From Camelus ferus (Eukaryota): a stretch of 64,000 nt of DNA. The translations under genes were made by a program, and so were the position numbers. The stretch's first letter is position 1. Each line of letters begins with the position of its first letter. Shown piece by piece: positions 37,864-51,765 of this stretch. A model generated the notes under the pieces. The model was not told the origin of the DNA and searched no databases. It saw only the letters and a list, made by a program, of their open reading frames with translations. The stretch is taken from assembly GCF_009834535.1 (NCBI RefSeq), contig NC_045696.1, forward strand, positions 71,488,001-71,552,000, given 5' to 3'.

Positions 37864-38340
37864 ATTGAGTTGTATGAGCTGTTTTTATATTCTGGAAGTT
37901 AAGCCCTTGTCAGTTGCATCATTTACAAATATTTTCTCCCATTCTGTAGGTTGTCTTTCCGTTTTGTTTATGGTTTCCTTTGCTGTGCAAAAGCTTGTAA
38001 GTTTCATTAGGTCCCATTCGTTTATTTTTGCTTTTATTTCTATTGCCTGGGTAGATAGGCCTAGGAGAACATTGCTAAGACTTATATCAGAAAATATTTT
38101 GCTTATGTTTTCTTCTAGGAGGTTTATAGTGTCTTGTCTTATGTTTAAGTCTTTAAGCCATTTTGAGTTTAGTTTTGTGTATGGTGTGAGGGAATGTTCT
38201 AACTTCATTGATTTACAATGCGGCTGTCCAGCTTTCTCAACATTACTTACCAAAGAGACTGTGTTTTCTCCATTGTATATTCTTGCCCCATCTGTCAAAG
38301 ATGAATTCACTGTAGGTGTGTGGGTTTATTTCTGGGCTAT
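36200..38340 (-). mobile_element. L1 3' region (antisense) with a younger L1 3' end nested at 36905-37658
   Basis: ORFs 37885..38310 and 37432..37662 are L1 ORF2; the nested copy is flanked by a 16-bp TSD tcacttgtg(a/g)actttt at 36889-36904 and 37659-37674. Confidence 0.92.
37834..37863. repeat. (GTT)10 microsatellite
   Basis: Read directly. Confidence 0.9.
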
Positions 38341-40034
38341 TTGAACAAGTGATTTGTGTCTTAACTTATAAATGAGACTGAGTGACAACATGGAGGGAGA
38401 GGTCAATGCCATTGAAAGAAAACTTTAATGTTACTTACTCAGAGTTCCCCTTGAAGCAAGAGGCACATCATGTCACACAGAGCCCACAGGGGAAGCACCA
38501 GTGTCCAGAGGCAGAAAGAAATTAGGAGAAAGCCACAGACTTTCCTGGTGTTTCCATGAGAAAATCAAGGCATGGCAGGATAAACAGTTTACGATTGGCT
38601 TGTTTGAATAATTCCAGGTGGTTTGGGGACAATGGGGGCAGTTCTGTCTTCTGGTACCTGGCCCCAGGGTGATAGAAGGTAGAGGAAATGTTAGCTTGGT
38701 GTGCTGAAAGTTAAAGGAAGTGACTGGGGGTTTGGACAGGAGATTGGTTGGTTTATATACCAAAGCTGGGCTCACCCATGAGCTGCTTGCTACCCCTAGG
38801 AATTAGCTAGTCCTGGGAGGAACTAGTTTCTCCCCAGCCAGCAAGGCTCTCTGAAGATGTCAAAACATCATAAAATATAGAAAATAAAAAAGACCCCAAC
38901 ATAATTAGGAGGAAATCATGCCTTCTGATTTTCTTAGCCTCCATTAGCAGTTAATAGCAGAGAAACAGAAGACAGGTTTAGCTCACTTTGCCCCTGATTC
39001 TGTTAAGAGCACACTTTTTTTTTTAAGAGAAAATTTAAAGAGGCTTCTATTCTTTACCCATTATCCGTGATTTTCCAAATATAAGCTAACAATTACTTTT
39101 AATTCTTTCAACTTCTTCCCTGATTGTGCATACGGTACTTTTATCCTAAAAACAAAATACACGGAGGAGGAACCAACATTTATATTCTCCTCTTCTGTGC
39201 CAGGACTGTTCATTCTTCAACATACATCCCATTATCCAATAAGCCTGTAAGGTGAGTACTATGACTACATTTCCTAGAACAAGGAAAATATGGCTCAGAG
39301 AGGTTAAATGGCTTTTTGGCAGAGCACTGGCTGGAATCAGATCTGATGAAGCCCACCCACTTTCCAGAGGAATTAAGTACAATGAAAACACCTTTACTTT
39401 TTGTGTGTGTGTGTGTTTCTAAGTTTCCATTTTTTTTTAAATTGAAGTAACAGCTTTAATATTTATTATTTAAGATGCATTCTAACTTGCCATTGTGTTT
39501 TGATGGCACAATTCAAAGACTAAGCATAAAAAGCTAAGCATTGCTTGTGCTTCTGTAACATATCTTTTCAAAATTGTACTTTTGCTAATGTAAAATCAGA
39601 CATCGCCTCTATGGTTGATAATGTGCCCCCTCTTTGACACTTGAAATAAAATTTAAGTTCTTTACTCTTGATATTATTACAGGGGTATTTTTGCGACCCA
39701 AATCAAAAGAACACTACAGTGAAAATGTTATGGATCACTTTCCAGGAGTTAAAAACTTCTTTGAATAGGTAACACTTTCATGTGGCTCAGATTAAAGTAG
39801 ATTATATACATATTTATATATATAATTACACATAACTCTATAGGAGTATACAATGAAGTTGCTTTTTACTTGTCCCTAACCCACCATTTCCTCATACACA
39901 CCAATGTTTTTAGTTTTTTGTTTATCCTTCTAGTTAATTTGTGGGCATACCAGTAAATACACATATTAATTTGTAATTTCCCCCACTTCTTTTTCAAACA
40001 ACCATTCGAATATATTTAAGATAAGACAAAACAA

Positions 40035-43000
40035 AAAGGTTTTGGTAAATAAAATTTAATACAACCATAGTCAAGTAATAATGGTTAAGAGACATTTTTA
40101 CTAGATACAACAACTTTTAAAAAATTAAAGAAAACTATGCACAAAGGATATTTAAACAAGACATATAAGTATTAGTGTGCTGCAACTGAATTGAGAAGAA
40201 AGAAATACAAAGCTTTTTTTTTTCCACTGTGAAGACTCTGGAGCCTCTGAAAGCAAATGACATTTGGCTGCCTCAGGTCTGTACAAGTTGTAAAGCACAT
40301 TATACTCTTGTTCAACTCTGTAATTGTGTTGTCTTAGGTAGCTCCAGAAACTCTCAGTAAGAATTTAAATAAAGAAACCATGGGGAGGGGTGTTGGGGAA
40401 GGAAAGAGTAAGAACTTTTTCAAGAAAGATAAGTAAAAGAGCTTGTAGAGGAAAAAAAATAGTACGTAAGAATGGAACAAAAATAAGAAGATTTACTTTT
40501 TTGATATTAGATGTAGATACTGCAAATAATGTTTACAAGGGTTTAATCAATGTAAGATAGATGTTTTTCTAAATATCTTAAAAAGCACCTTGGTATCAAA
40601 CAAAAACCCTCCCAAGTATAATAAAACTCCAAACACTCAACAACCTTTCTTAACATTCTCTTTCTGCCAAGCAACCACATGATTGGTGCTCATTAAAAAA
40701 ATTAAGAAGAGAAATTTATAGGAAACAAATATGAAACTTATCTAAGATAAGCTTTATTTAGATTGAAAAAATGTTAAAATAGCACTAGAGAACTTAAGGC
40801 ACATAAACAAATTCAGATGCAGTTATTTTGAAAACATTAAAACAAATTCTTTTCTTTGGAACAATATATAAAATAAGTTATGACTATTGCTATTTTAAAA
40901 ATTTTTTATGATGATCATCTTTAGCACTAAGTAAATTTAATATCTAAGGCAATCTCACAAATGTAAAACATTCATAAAAAACATTAAAAAAAAGTCTGAA
41001 GTATGTTGCAAATGTCTCTGGAATTATCAATTCACACTCCTGGCTCAAGTGGTTTCTGATGCCTAGCATTAGATGTGACAGTAAGTATAGCTAGCTGGTC
41101 AAACCTACTGCCTTGAAGGCCAATCAAACTGCCCCATTCTGGTTTCTTGGTATATGAATTTATTTATTTAACTAAAAGGAATAATGGGATGTGGTGATGT
41201 AAACCTGGCTTTCAGTATAATGGACAAGAAATCCTAATAAGGCCAAAACTATGTTGAGGTTAACTGGTGTCTTGAGTTTAGGAAAATAAAGGCGGTCCAT
41301 AGGAAGCCTTTAAGAGACATTATCTTATCACTTGGCACCACATAAGCAGCAATGTCTTCTCTTTAAAAATACGGTCTAGAGTAGAAGATGACTTTTCCAC
41401 ATATAAATCTCAAGAAACCAAAGGCACACACAAACGATTCAACCCCTCTCTTTTCATATATGGGTTCTCACAGCAGTTCTTTAAAAAAAATCTATTGCCA
41501 TATCCAGACGGCAGGGAAAAAAAACACACCTGGTTTGAATATTGACAAAAGTAGTATAATTGAACCTTTGTCGTTCCTGAGTTTCAAAAAGGGTGTATGA
41601 CAGTAGAGATACATAAACAATTCATTTTCACTAAGAGGAAATGTGTCAGTCCACAAACACTTTCACCTTTCTAAATATAAAAGAATGAATGTTTAACCAC
41701 CATCATGTGTGAAGCCCCTTTACCAAATTAAATTTACTCTAGAATCATGAACTGAAGTTAGTTATGGCACTTTAAACACTCCAATTAGGCAAAAAGGACA
41801 AGTTAATACCCTCCCTGAGTATTTACATCATTTTTTTCCTTAACACCTGGTTTAAATGGAGTCAATATCTGTATTTCAGTCATCTAGGGAAAAAAGGGTT
41901 ACTGAAGATACAACAGGCTACCATTTCATACCTGTGCAGTAAAGACAGTGGGAAGAGTAGAGTAGAAAACGAAGGCCTTTTGTTGTAAAAATTAGACCAC
42001 TTTATAGTTCACTCACATATAGAAACACACGAAAAAGGATTAAAATTCATGAAAAAAGAAACTACTTTTCTGTTGATCCACAAAACATACTTTTAAATTT
42101 CCTTCCCACTGAGGTATCATGGCTAGGGTTAGCAAACTTGTATCCACCTCCAATCTGTTTTCTGATCTTGTAAAACTGTATGTATCATATAGATTTTGAC
42201 TGTATACAAGCCATCATACTAATACTTATCCTGTACTTTCATATGTAAAGAAGTGTTCTTGAAATGCCCAAATTAAAAAAAAAAAACTTCTGGAACTGAA
42301 TTTAATAAGGTCAGCTCATTTTTACTTTATGTGCCTTTTTCTGATCATCACAAACTGATAAAATTCTTGGTGCTTGTATAAATGTGTGTAGATGAGCATA
42401 CTATCTATCTACATATATATACATGTATCCTAACCCAAAGGCTTCTATGAGCATCACCCACCAAAAGAAAATCTGTCAACTCTGTGATGACAGTATGAAT
42501 ACAGTCTGACACCAATGTAGTTGATAAATCCCTTTTGATATACTAATTATACTTTAAAGTTCTTTATTATTTTATCAATGCTAACATTACTATTTATCAA
42601 AAATCAATAAAGGAAGATAAAGAATTAAAGGAAAGTAAAGTATCAGGTAACTTTAAAAATTGTTACTTTAATTTCATAGGGTTCAAGCTAAGTTCTTGGT
42701 GGCCTACTTAATTTATGTAGTTTTAAATTATGTAGAGAAAAAAATTAAACAATATTGGCATGAGGTCTATGTTTAAACAAATTCAGTTTTATGGGATTTC
42801 ATTTCAAATTTACTACAATAAACACATGAATATTAAAAATAAATGTATAACAAAATACAATAGTTAATACTTTTATAATAGACAAAAATACTAGAATACA
42901 AGTTATGTTGAGAAAGTCTTTTTGTGTGAAGTGTCTGTATTTATGGATGGGCATGATCTTACAAATACACATGAAAATAACAAGTATCATTTACATAATC

Positions 43001-44858
43001 CTCAGCACTTACAAAACACTTTTCTCATACGTTATCTCATATGCCACAAAGAATTTCTGAACTAAATAGGTTCCATTATCTACAAAAGTTTGATGCAGAA
43101 ATAGATGTTTACTCTAAAATTTAAAACAGTATCCCAATTGTATCTACTATTGCCTTTCAACTAAAATGGTAGAAAACTGTTTTCTAAATTGCTTTGATAA
43201 TTATCACAAAAAGGTATATACCATTTCATATGATTTGAAAAATAAAAATTCCCTAAAAATTTAAGTTTTTTAGAGTTTTCCTCAGAATTCAGATTCCAGC
43301 TAAGCATTAAATTTGATGCCATATAGTTTATTTGAAATCTCTGTATCATTCTAAAATGAGGAAAAAAAAGTAGTTTATCAATGTTAGGTTTTTGATTACT
43401 ACCTTGGTTTTAACAGAAATCTGGTGACACTATAATCACATATTAGCGTCATTACCCCTATGACAAGGAGTATGTAATCATGATGTGAGATGACAGTAAT
43501 GCCTGGGAAGTCGAAATACAGCAGGCTACCTGGAACATCCCTAAAATGTTGTAAATTTTATCTGTCCACCCAGAAATAACAATAATCGTCTATGCTGTAG
43601 TTTCTGCTATTACATTTGCCTTAGAAAAAAGTTTTACATTCTTCTCTGAAAACTAGTAAGCTTTATTAAACTGAAACTGAAACATCTAGACAAAGGCAAT
43701 TTGATGCATAGAAGCTTGAGAATGTTGATCAATGTTTTACACCATGGGTACCAGATGAAAGAGATATTATAGAAGACTGCCAACTACTGCTGTTAGTTTC
43801 TTCAGATAGCTAATTAAAAAAAATTATGGACCCACTGAGACAGGTGGTCCCCGCTTTATCCTGTAAGGACAGCTTAACAGTAGAGACTCCCAGGATTATC
43901 AGCTGTTCACAAGAAAACAGGGTAACCAGGAAGAGGTCCTCACCCAAAGCACCATACTAATGAGGTCAAACCATACTGGGCTAGGGAGAAAATCTATCCC
44001 AGTTTTTCACAAGATAATATTACAAAGTGGATTTCAACTTTTTTTGCCAGGTTCAAGAAAAGGCGCTTCCTTAGAGGATTTAGAGATGATACATAAAGAC
44101 TTTTGTGAGCCACGGTGGGTCATTTTCCTTTCAATGGTCTTAGGTAGCTTTTTTCTTAGGAAATAATCTGTAATTTTAATCCCCATTTTAGGGGCACCTG
44201 CTTTTATATCTCCTCCCTCCTCAAAAATCTTTAATATAAGAAACCAATTCAAAGAATGAAGTCACAATAATTCAGTGTTTTTTGATACTCAAATTGTTGT
44301 CATTACATTTTTATCAATTATAGGGAAAAAAAACCCAGTAAAATTAATCATTTTGGATGTATTTTTTAGTGACAAATTTTTAAAACTGATTTTTCCCCTT
44401 TAGAATGATTCTAAGCATTATATGAGTCAACCTAAATGAAGCCTTGTCATGAAATTTTTTCTCTATATATATACATACACACACACATATATGACAAAAT
44501 AAGGAATATACAGTCTTGCAGATAAACCTACATAAACGAAGAGACCATTCACAAATTCCTAAAAGGTATGCAGGCAGACATTATTTCCTACTTCACATAG
44601 GATTTCTTACAAATACAAAGATACACTCTCAAAGCCCAAGCAAAGACACTATTACCTTCAACATATTTTTTTTTTCAATTACAGGAAAGGTTTTATTACA
44701 GTTTGAAAGATTGATATTTTGGGGAGAAAGGCACCACAATTATTATTTTTACCTTTTTGTGCATATGGTATAAAGGAAATATGTCAAGTTCCCACTCTGG
44801 AGTTTTTAAAACCTCTCATCTTGGATTGGTGTGGCTTCTTGGGTGAGGTATCCTGGCT
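40035..44858 (-). other. KLHL24: KLHL24 3' UTR, with candidate poly(A) signal ATTAAA at 40060-40055
   Basis: Repeat-free AU-rich stretch downstream of the stop codon; ATTAAA followed by T-rich downstream sequence on the minus strand. The exact end is inferred. Confidence 0.65.
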
Positions 44859-45059
44859 TTAGAGCTTAAAGCATTTCTCATTGTATCTATGAATAGTCAC
44901 ACATCCGTGATAGGACACTGGCCTGGGCATTGCAGCTACCCCTGTGATGATACTTGTTGCAGGATCATAACAGAGAATAGTGTCTGTAGCTTCTCCATTT
45001 TCCCGTCTTCCACCCAGGATATATATTTTACCATTACACACAGACATACCACAGTTTTC
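44859..45059 (-). CDS. KLHL24: KLHL24 last coding exon, ENCGMSVCNGKIYILGG...HRYNEKCFKL*
   Basis: 201 nt including TAA; AG acceptor at 45060-45061; Kelch repeat and recognised C-terminus. Confidence 0.96.
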   Translation of the reverse strand, partial: ENCGMSVCNGKIYILGGRRENGEATDTILCYDPATSIITGVAAMPRPVSYHGCVTIHRYNEKCFKL

Positions 45060-48000
45060 CTGTTCAACCAAATTAAAAAAAAATTAGCTGTTGAAGATAG
45101 GGGATTTGGTAGCAAACTGAAAAGTAAAATAAGGCATGCTTTAACACAGTCAAAAAGGAGACATGAAATAAGCTCCCTTTTGCCCAACTCCTGCTCTATA
45201 TGTGAGTACTAGATAATTTTGCATGGGTGAAGGGAGTGTTAAGATAGAATGTATGTCAGTAATTGGGATCAAGATACGGGAAGTGAAGTGGGGGTGGTGA
45301 ACTGAGAGAAGAGTTTTAATTATCTTAATAGTAGTTAAACAAAAACATCCTTGAAGAGTATGGCTTGCTTCTCCTATATTACAGGGAAGTGGCTATTACA
45401 TGACCAAGGGATAGGGACATTATTCATTATATGGGATTACCCACAAATTGAATGAATGAATGAAAGAGCTATAACCAAATTAACAAAGATGTTATTAGAG
45501 GCCTTGGCTGGGGCATAGAAACTCCCCAGATAAGATTTTATAGTTAACATTCCACACAATGAGATTCTAAGCTAAATTTTACTCCTGTGTCAATAACTAT
45601 AATTATTATACAAAACAAATATTCTTGCAAGGATAAGAGTGATTCTTCAAAGAAAGAAATCACACTAAAATTGTCTCACTACTGCATGAATCTGGTTATG
45701 CTACAGGTCAATTATTCTTCTATTTACATTTTACTTTAACTCAGAAAGTTATTGATCTTATTTATTATCCTGTTTCCACATAACCAAAAATGAAATGGGT
45801 TCTACCAATGAGTACAATAAACATTTTTACTTGATCAGATTTGCTATATAAAAATTTTGCTCTGGTAGAAAAAAATTAAATCTTGGTGGACTAAAATAAT
45901 AAAGGATAGTATCTTAGGGTCTAAAAGAATTAGGGAGTATTTAAAAATTCTTACATTAGAGTTTATATACACCCAAAATTACTTGCCCCATTATCATGTG
46001 AATGACAAACTTTTATGCAGAATACCACCCGTGAATTGTACCAGTTATGTGCTAAACTACAACATTTTTCATCTAAAGCAAAATGAGCTCTTTTTATAAA
46101 TTCTAAGAGTTCTGAATACAATAAAAAACAACACCCTTAGTTTTTAAGTACATGTTGACTTGTACTACTGAACCTTAAACTCACTTTGATGATGATTCTT
46201 AAGCTATATAATTATAGGCTTTTGTTATTAACATCATTTCATAAATAATTCTCAGAATTAAATAAAGCAAGCAACCATGAAAAGAGTTATTCATTCATAT
46301 CAGGAAATTACTTGTATAATAGTTTATTTCACTCTGAGAATCTGAAGAGTAATGGCAGCTAGTAAGAAAACTAATTTATTAATATATGAAGTTTTAATGT
46401 TATTTTTCTGACTTCAATGAAACACAATGAAATGAAATTGTAAAAAATACCCCTCTCCTTATTTTTTATAATGCTTAAATGTTAAAATGCCAACATAAAG
46501 AGAAAGAATCAGATTTCTTTTATTATTCTAAACTTCAGTGATATTTTAAATATCTAGTCCACAGAAGAAAGGTTAAAAAAAACAGGGAGTAAAAAAAAAA
46601 AAACCAAAAAAACCCCCCCACAATTAAAAAAAATATGTTCCTGATGAAAATTAAAAAGCAAAATATGTTTAAAATAGTATGTTGTGGCTTTTGAGAATTA
46701 TGCAAAGTCCAAAGGCAAGGAAATGGTGAAGTACAGAAAGAGAAAAGGCTGGGTCTATCAGGACTCATTTTTTAGCTCTTTTTTTGGTCATTCACTATTC
46801 TAAGCATTAAAAAAAAAAACAAAACACAACCTTTGACTCAAATAGCTGTCTACCATGGTAGGCAAACACTTACAGATGGTTCAAAAATTGCCTATCAATA
46901 ATATGCACTTAGAGGTACTGGTAATAAGAAAGGACCAGGGGAGAAAAGATAATCCCAGAAATCTCAGTATTTTTTTGCTTCAAGAGATTTGATATGGAAT
47001 ACTAGATTTAGATTTTAATGATCTGTCTTTGTTATAATAAATATACTTCTGATCTAAATGTTCCTTGAAATATCTGAAGTATCAGTCATTGTTTAATTAG
47101 GGAAAATGTGCCAAAATGTATGTCCCGTTGTTTTTCCTTAGTTTTACCTCAATCATTTAGTTAAATTTATTCATTATATACCCTGTATTATGCTAGATGC
47201 TGGCAATTATCTTCCTAAGCTCTCCTATTGTCTTATACAGTATAGTCAAGTTTTAAATGAACAGTAATTCTTAGCAGAAATGCACTGTGCTTTAAAATAT
47301 GCACTGTAATAAATCAATAAAGAATAGATTTGGTTAAAAAATTCAGAATTAAGTGTAAACACTCTGTCACACAGGTGAATGTAACAGGGTTCTTATGTGG
47401 CAGGGTATACCTCACTTACAGAGTTAGAGACTGTCCTTTCCAGGAGGCCACTGAACTAGAGAAATGTGGTTCATTTTACTTAAATGTGATATAAGAGGGT
47501 AGAAGATTATGTTCCCACTACTATGAAGCTTGAGATCCTATTATATCCCTTCCATTGGTTGAGGCAATGTTTCTCTAAATATATTACTAAGTGGAGACTA
47601 TATACCTCAATGTCAACAACTTTAGAAAAATTGTGTTATACTCAAACTCTAGTCTTTATCCTTATAGTCTATAATTCTTACATATCTTGCATATAAAATT
47701 GTCTTAAAATTAGGACCCTCTGTTACTTCACTCTTATTTTACTTCACTATTATTTATTTACTTATTCAATAAATATTTACTGAGCACCAATAAATGCAAG
47801 ATATATGAGATGAGTTAGAAAATACAGTATCCTAAAGAAGACTGAATTCCAGTATGGAAATAAACAGTTATGTAAGGAAATGTATGACGTCCATAATAGA
47901 GGTATAAATGTAGTGACAGAGCAGGAAAAAAAAGATACAAATTCTGAATAGGGCAACCTCAGTTTGTTGTAACTATACCTGGTCCTTGAAAGATGAGTAG

Positions 48001-48479
48001 AATACAAGTAGAGAAGGTAGAAAAGGTATTAAAGGCTAAGAGGACAGCATAAACCAAGGCAGGAACACACATCATCTGTTATAGCAAATGCAAGCAACAG
48101 ATACTTAATGTAATTGGGGTAAAGGTGAAGAAAATGAAGCTGGAAAGGCAAGCAGAGGTCAGACAACAGAAAGCATAGAATGAAGTGGAAAAACTTTTGG
48201 ATTATACTCAGTATGTTTCCAATCAGACGAGAGACATAATTAGATTTGCGGGAAAATAACTGGTGGCAAAATGGGTTAGAGAAGCAAGACATTAGAGAAA
48301 GGATCACTGATTAGAATTTGTTGTTTTAAGTTTAGGTAAAAACTGATGAGAAGTTGAATGAAAGCAGGAACCACAGGAATGGAAAAGAATAGGCAAAACT
48401 CTTTAAGGACACAGAACTGATATGCTAGACTGAATCAGTTGAAAAGAAAACAAGAAAAATCTAAAAAATTGTGTCCAGG

Positions 48480-49250
48480 TATGCAACAGAAAAATATATA
48501 TTAGTAATATATATTAGTCTCTGCCCCTAGTTCCTGACTTAAGAGCTCCTAAATCCCTTGGAATTTCCTGGTTGATGGGAGTGTCTTTTGTTCTAATGAG
48601 GTGGCTCTTGGTGGGCTGGTCATCAGAAAGATCAAGCCATAATTAGAAACTTGGAAGATTCACCCCACCCTCCCTTCTCTGGAGAGGAGAGAAGGGCTGG
48701 AAATTGAATCAATAACTGATCATGTCTACAGGATTACGCCTCCATAAAAATCCCCAAAGTAAAGGATTTGGAGAGCTTCTAGGTTGGTAAACACATCCAT
48801 GTCCTAGGAGTGTAGTGCACCTCAAATCCATGAAGACAGAAGGTCCCGTGCTTGGGACTCTTCTGGGCCTTACCCTAGGTACCCCTTTATTCAGCTGTTT
48901 ATTTGTGTCCTTTATAATATACTTCATTATATAATAAACCTGTGAACTTTAATAGGTGTTTTCCTGAGCAAATTACTGAACCCAAGGAGGGGGTTGTGGA
49001 AACCTTGAGTTATAGCTGACTGGTCAGAAGTATTGGTGACAACCTGGGAATTGCGACTGGCATTTGAAGTGGTGACAGTCTTGTAGGACTGAGGCCTTAA
49101 CTTGTGGAATCTGAAACTAACTTCAGGTAGTGTCAGAACTGAATTGAATTGTCAGACACCAACTGGAGATGGAGAATTGGTTGGTGTGGAAATAAACCCA
49201 CATATCTGGTGTCAGAAGTGTTGTGAGTAAGGGAGAAACAGTTTTTCCAT
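48480..49250. mobile_element. MER21-like ERV LTR
   Basis: 'agagctcctaaatcccttggaatttcctg..gtcttttgttctaatgag' and 'gtagtgtcagaactgaattgaattg' motifs. Confidence 0.7.
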
Positions 49251-50159
49251 TCAGTAGGTTGCTTGGAAACAGAAAAAGTAGGCTTGGGGAAGAACGTGAA
49301 TTGTTTTAAGTTTGAAGTCTTGGAATACCATAGAAAATATCAAATAGGCAGTTTGAAACTTGAGTCTGGTGCACAGGAGAGAGGCTATAATGGAGAGTAA
49401 TATTTGAAGTCATCAGTACTGAGCAGTAATTGTGATCACTCAGGAATGGAGTATAAACTGGGATGAGGGCAGCAGAAAGAGGCTCAAGGAATACTTGTAT
49501 TTAAGGGTTGGGTAGAAACAAAAGAGAGAACGTGAATGAGACTCAGGAGATTATTAGTAATGACTATGGGAGTACAACATCTCTAGAGTGGTATAGGTAG
49601 AGCCAGACCTCCAGCATCAGCACCATTTCAAGTAGTTTGGTGGTAGAAGGAAAGAGGGTAGAACCCTGAGTCAAAAGGTGGAGGGAAGCCTTTCTGGAGC
49701 TGTGGTGGAGGCAGAGTGAAGGTCCAAGCAGGGTGTGGGTGGAGGAAACCCAAGTACAGCCATTTCCTTTATAACAAAAAACAACAAATTATCTAGTTTC
49801 TAACCACAGAAGGAAAGAAATCAATTTGGGAGCATTTCTTCTCTTTTGAAATATACAAGAGAGAGGGATAAGGACTGGAGTATGACCTACAAAAGGTCAA
49901 GGGGGGAAAAACCCAACAGCCCAAGTGCAATACCAACTTTACCATGGGATTGTGAAGAGTAAGTTATTTCAATAAGACAATTCCTTGGAAGGAGTTCAAA
50001 ACAAGTATACCATATGCTTTAGGTGGAGTTTCAAAAAATTATGAAATAACTCAAGCATACATGAAATAGATTAACAGTGAAGTTACAGTGTACTCATACT
50101 GGTCTTGTACTTGGTCCCACCCAGACTGATTTTTCTTTTGGCCTATTTTATGTTATTAC

Positions 50160-50348
50160 CTGCCGGCTGAATGTATTCTGTACATGCATCCAGTAATCTT
50201 CAACTGGGTCGTAACAGTATATTGCCTTGGTCAGTCCACCAGCAACATATATCAGGTTGTTTAAGGATACAGCTGTTATACACCTCTTGGCAATTGGGAT
50301 AGCTGCACGAAGTAGCCAAGAATTGGTTTCTGGATCATAAGATTGAAC
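50160..50348 (-). CDS. KLHL24: KLHL24 exon, VQSYDPETNSWLLRAAIPIAKRCITAVSLNNLIYVAGGLTKAIYCYDPVEDYWMHVQNTFSRQ
   Basis: 189 nt, AG/GT boundaries, phase 0, Kelch repeat. Confidence 0.96.
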
Positions 50349-51194
50349 CTAAGAATGTATAGAAATATTTAATTAAAATTTCTCAATAAAAATGCAAATT
50401 TACTTAATAAAAAGTCTACCAATATGACTAAAAATAAAAACCCATTAATTCAGACTTAAGGGAGGTTAGTTTGAGAGTAAAATATCTGAATATGAAATTC
50501 TCAAAAGAAATGCAAGTTTATTACTATCAAGCAGAATTGAGTTACAAACAGGGATTGTTTCCAGGATGAATGGCTACCAGGTTTGCTTAACTTATTTCCA
50601 TTAAAATTAAGAGACGAGATTTAAAAAAAAAATGTATTATATAGGAGAAGTATGCCTCAATTTGAATACAATTTCTTTACACATTTAGGAACTCCTTTCT
50701 TCAAAAGAAAACAAGTGAACCTCAATTCAGTATACTTTGAATTATCACGAATTCTGAACTAATGAATTCTAAATATGTAACATTTGACATTATATTAAAA
50801 TTTAATTTAGAAAAAGAATTTATTGATTGACAAAATTCAGTTAATTATTGCTAAATGAATTAGGCATTAGACATTTGTTTCCAGAATAAACATGGTATTT
50901 TCTGTCATGTCATGATGGCATATATTCTTTTGTCCCAGGAGTTCAATGAACTGTAGCAGCTTTGTGCTATATTTTATTTACATTAGAAAGGTTTCTTTCC
51001 TTTTCTTTGTTCTAAAGAATATTTTCAGAGTATGCAGAAAATGACCCAGCTGGAAGCAGTATAATTAGTTATTGTCTCACCCTTTGCTAATTCAATTCCC
51101 AATTGTGTTTTGTGTGAATAATTTTTTGATTCTGTAAACTATACCAGAAAAGGTTTTAAAACTGTCTGTTTGTTTATAGTTTATTTTTAAACTT

Positions 51195-51310
51195 TTTTGG
51201 CAGAGGAGGTATTTGTTAATTTATTTATTTTGATGGAGGTACTGGGGATTGAACCCAGGACCTTGTACATGCTAAGCATGCACTCTACCACTGAGCATAC
51301 CCTCCCCCTC
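51195..51310 (-). mobile_element. tRNA-derived SINE of a type I associate with camelid genomes
   Basis: 'ggaggtactggggattgaacccaggaccttgtacatgctaagcatgcactctaccactgagc' (tRNA-like A/B boxes on the minus strand); second copy at ~29215-29345. Confidence 0.8.
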
Positions 51311-51576
51311 AACAAAACAGTTTATTTAGTACAAGATCTCAACATTGAGATTAGTCTCATTTCAAAAAGACTGAATCACACTTTTTACAGAAAATGTAGG
51401 ATACATTAAGATCTCACTTTAGTAACTTGTAACTCAGTGTTTTCCCTACAAAATATAAAGTACCAATTTTTAGAAGGCCCCTCACACTAAGAGACCTAAC
51501 TACCTACTTGATAAACCTTCTGTATTTCTCTTCTAGTGTATGTCATTAGTAATTTCTATAAGACAACAAGGCTTAC

Positions 51577-51765
51577 CTTATCAGAACAAGTATTATCATC
51601 AGGTCCTCCACCAATCACAAACAATTTGCCTACACAGCTAGTCACAGCAGGAGAACTCACTGCTTCCTTAAGGGGAGCAACTTCAGTCCATCGATTTGAA
51701 AAGGAATCATAACATTCTACGCTGCTAAGTCTGTTTTGCCCATCATAGCCTCCAACAACATATAC
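51577..51765 (-). CDS. KLHL24: KLHL24 exon, VYVVGGYDGQNRLSSVECYDSFSNRWTEVAPLKEAVSSPAVTSCVGKLFVIGGGPDDNTCSDK
   Basis: 189 nt, AG/GTAAGC boundaries, Kelch repeat. Confidence 0.96.
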
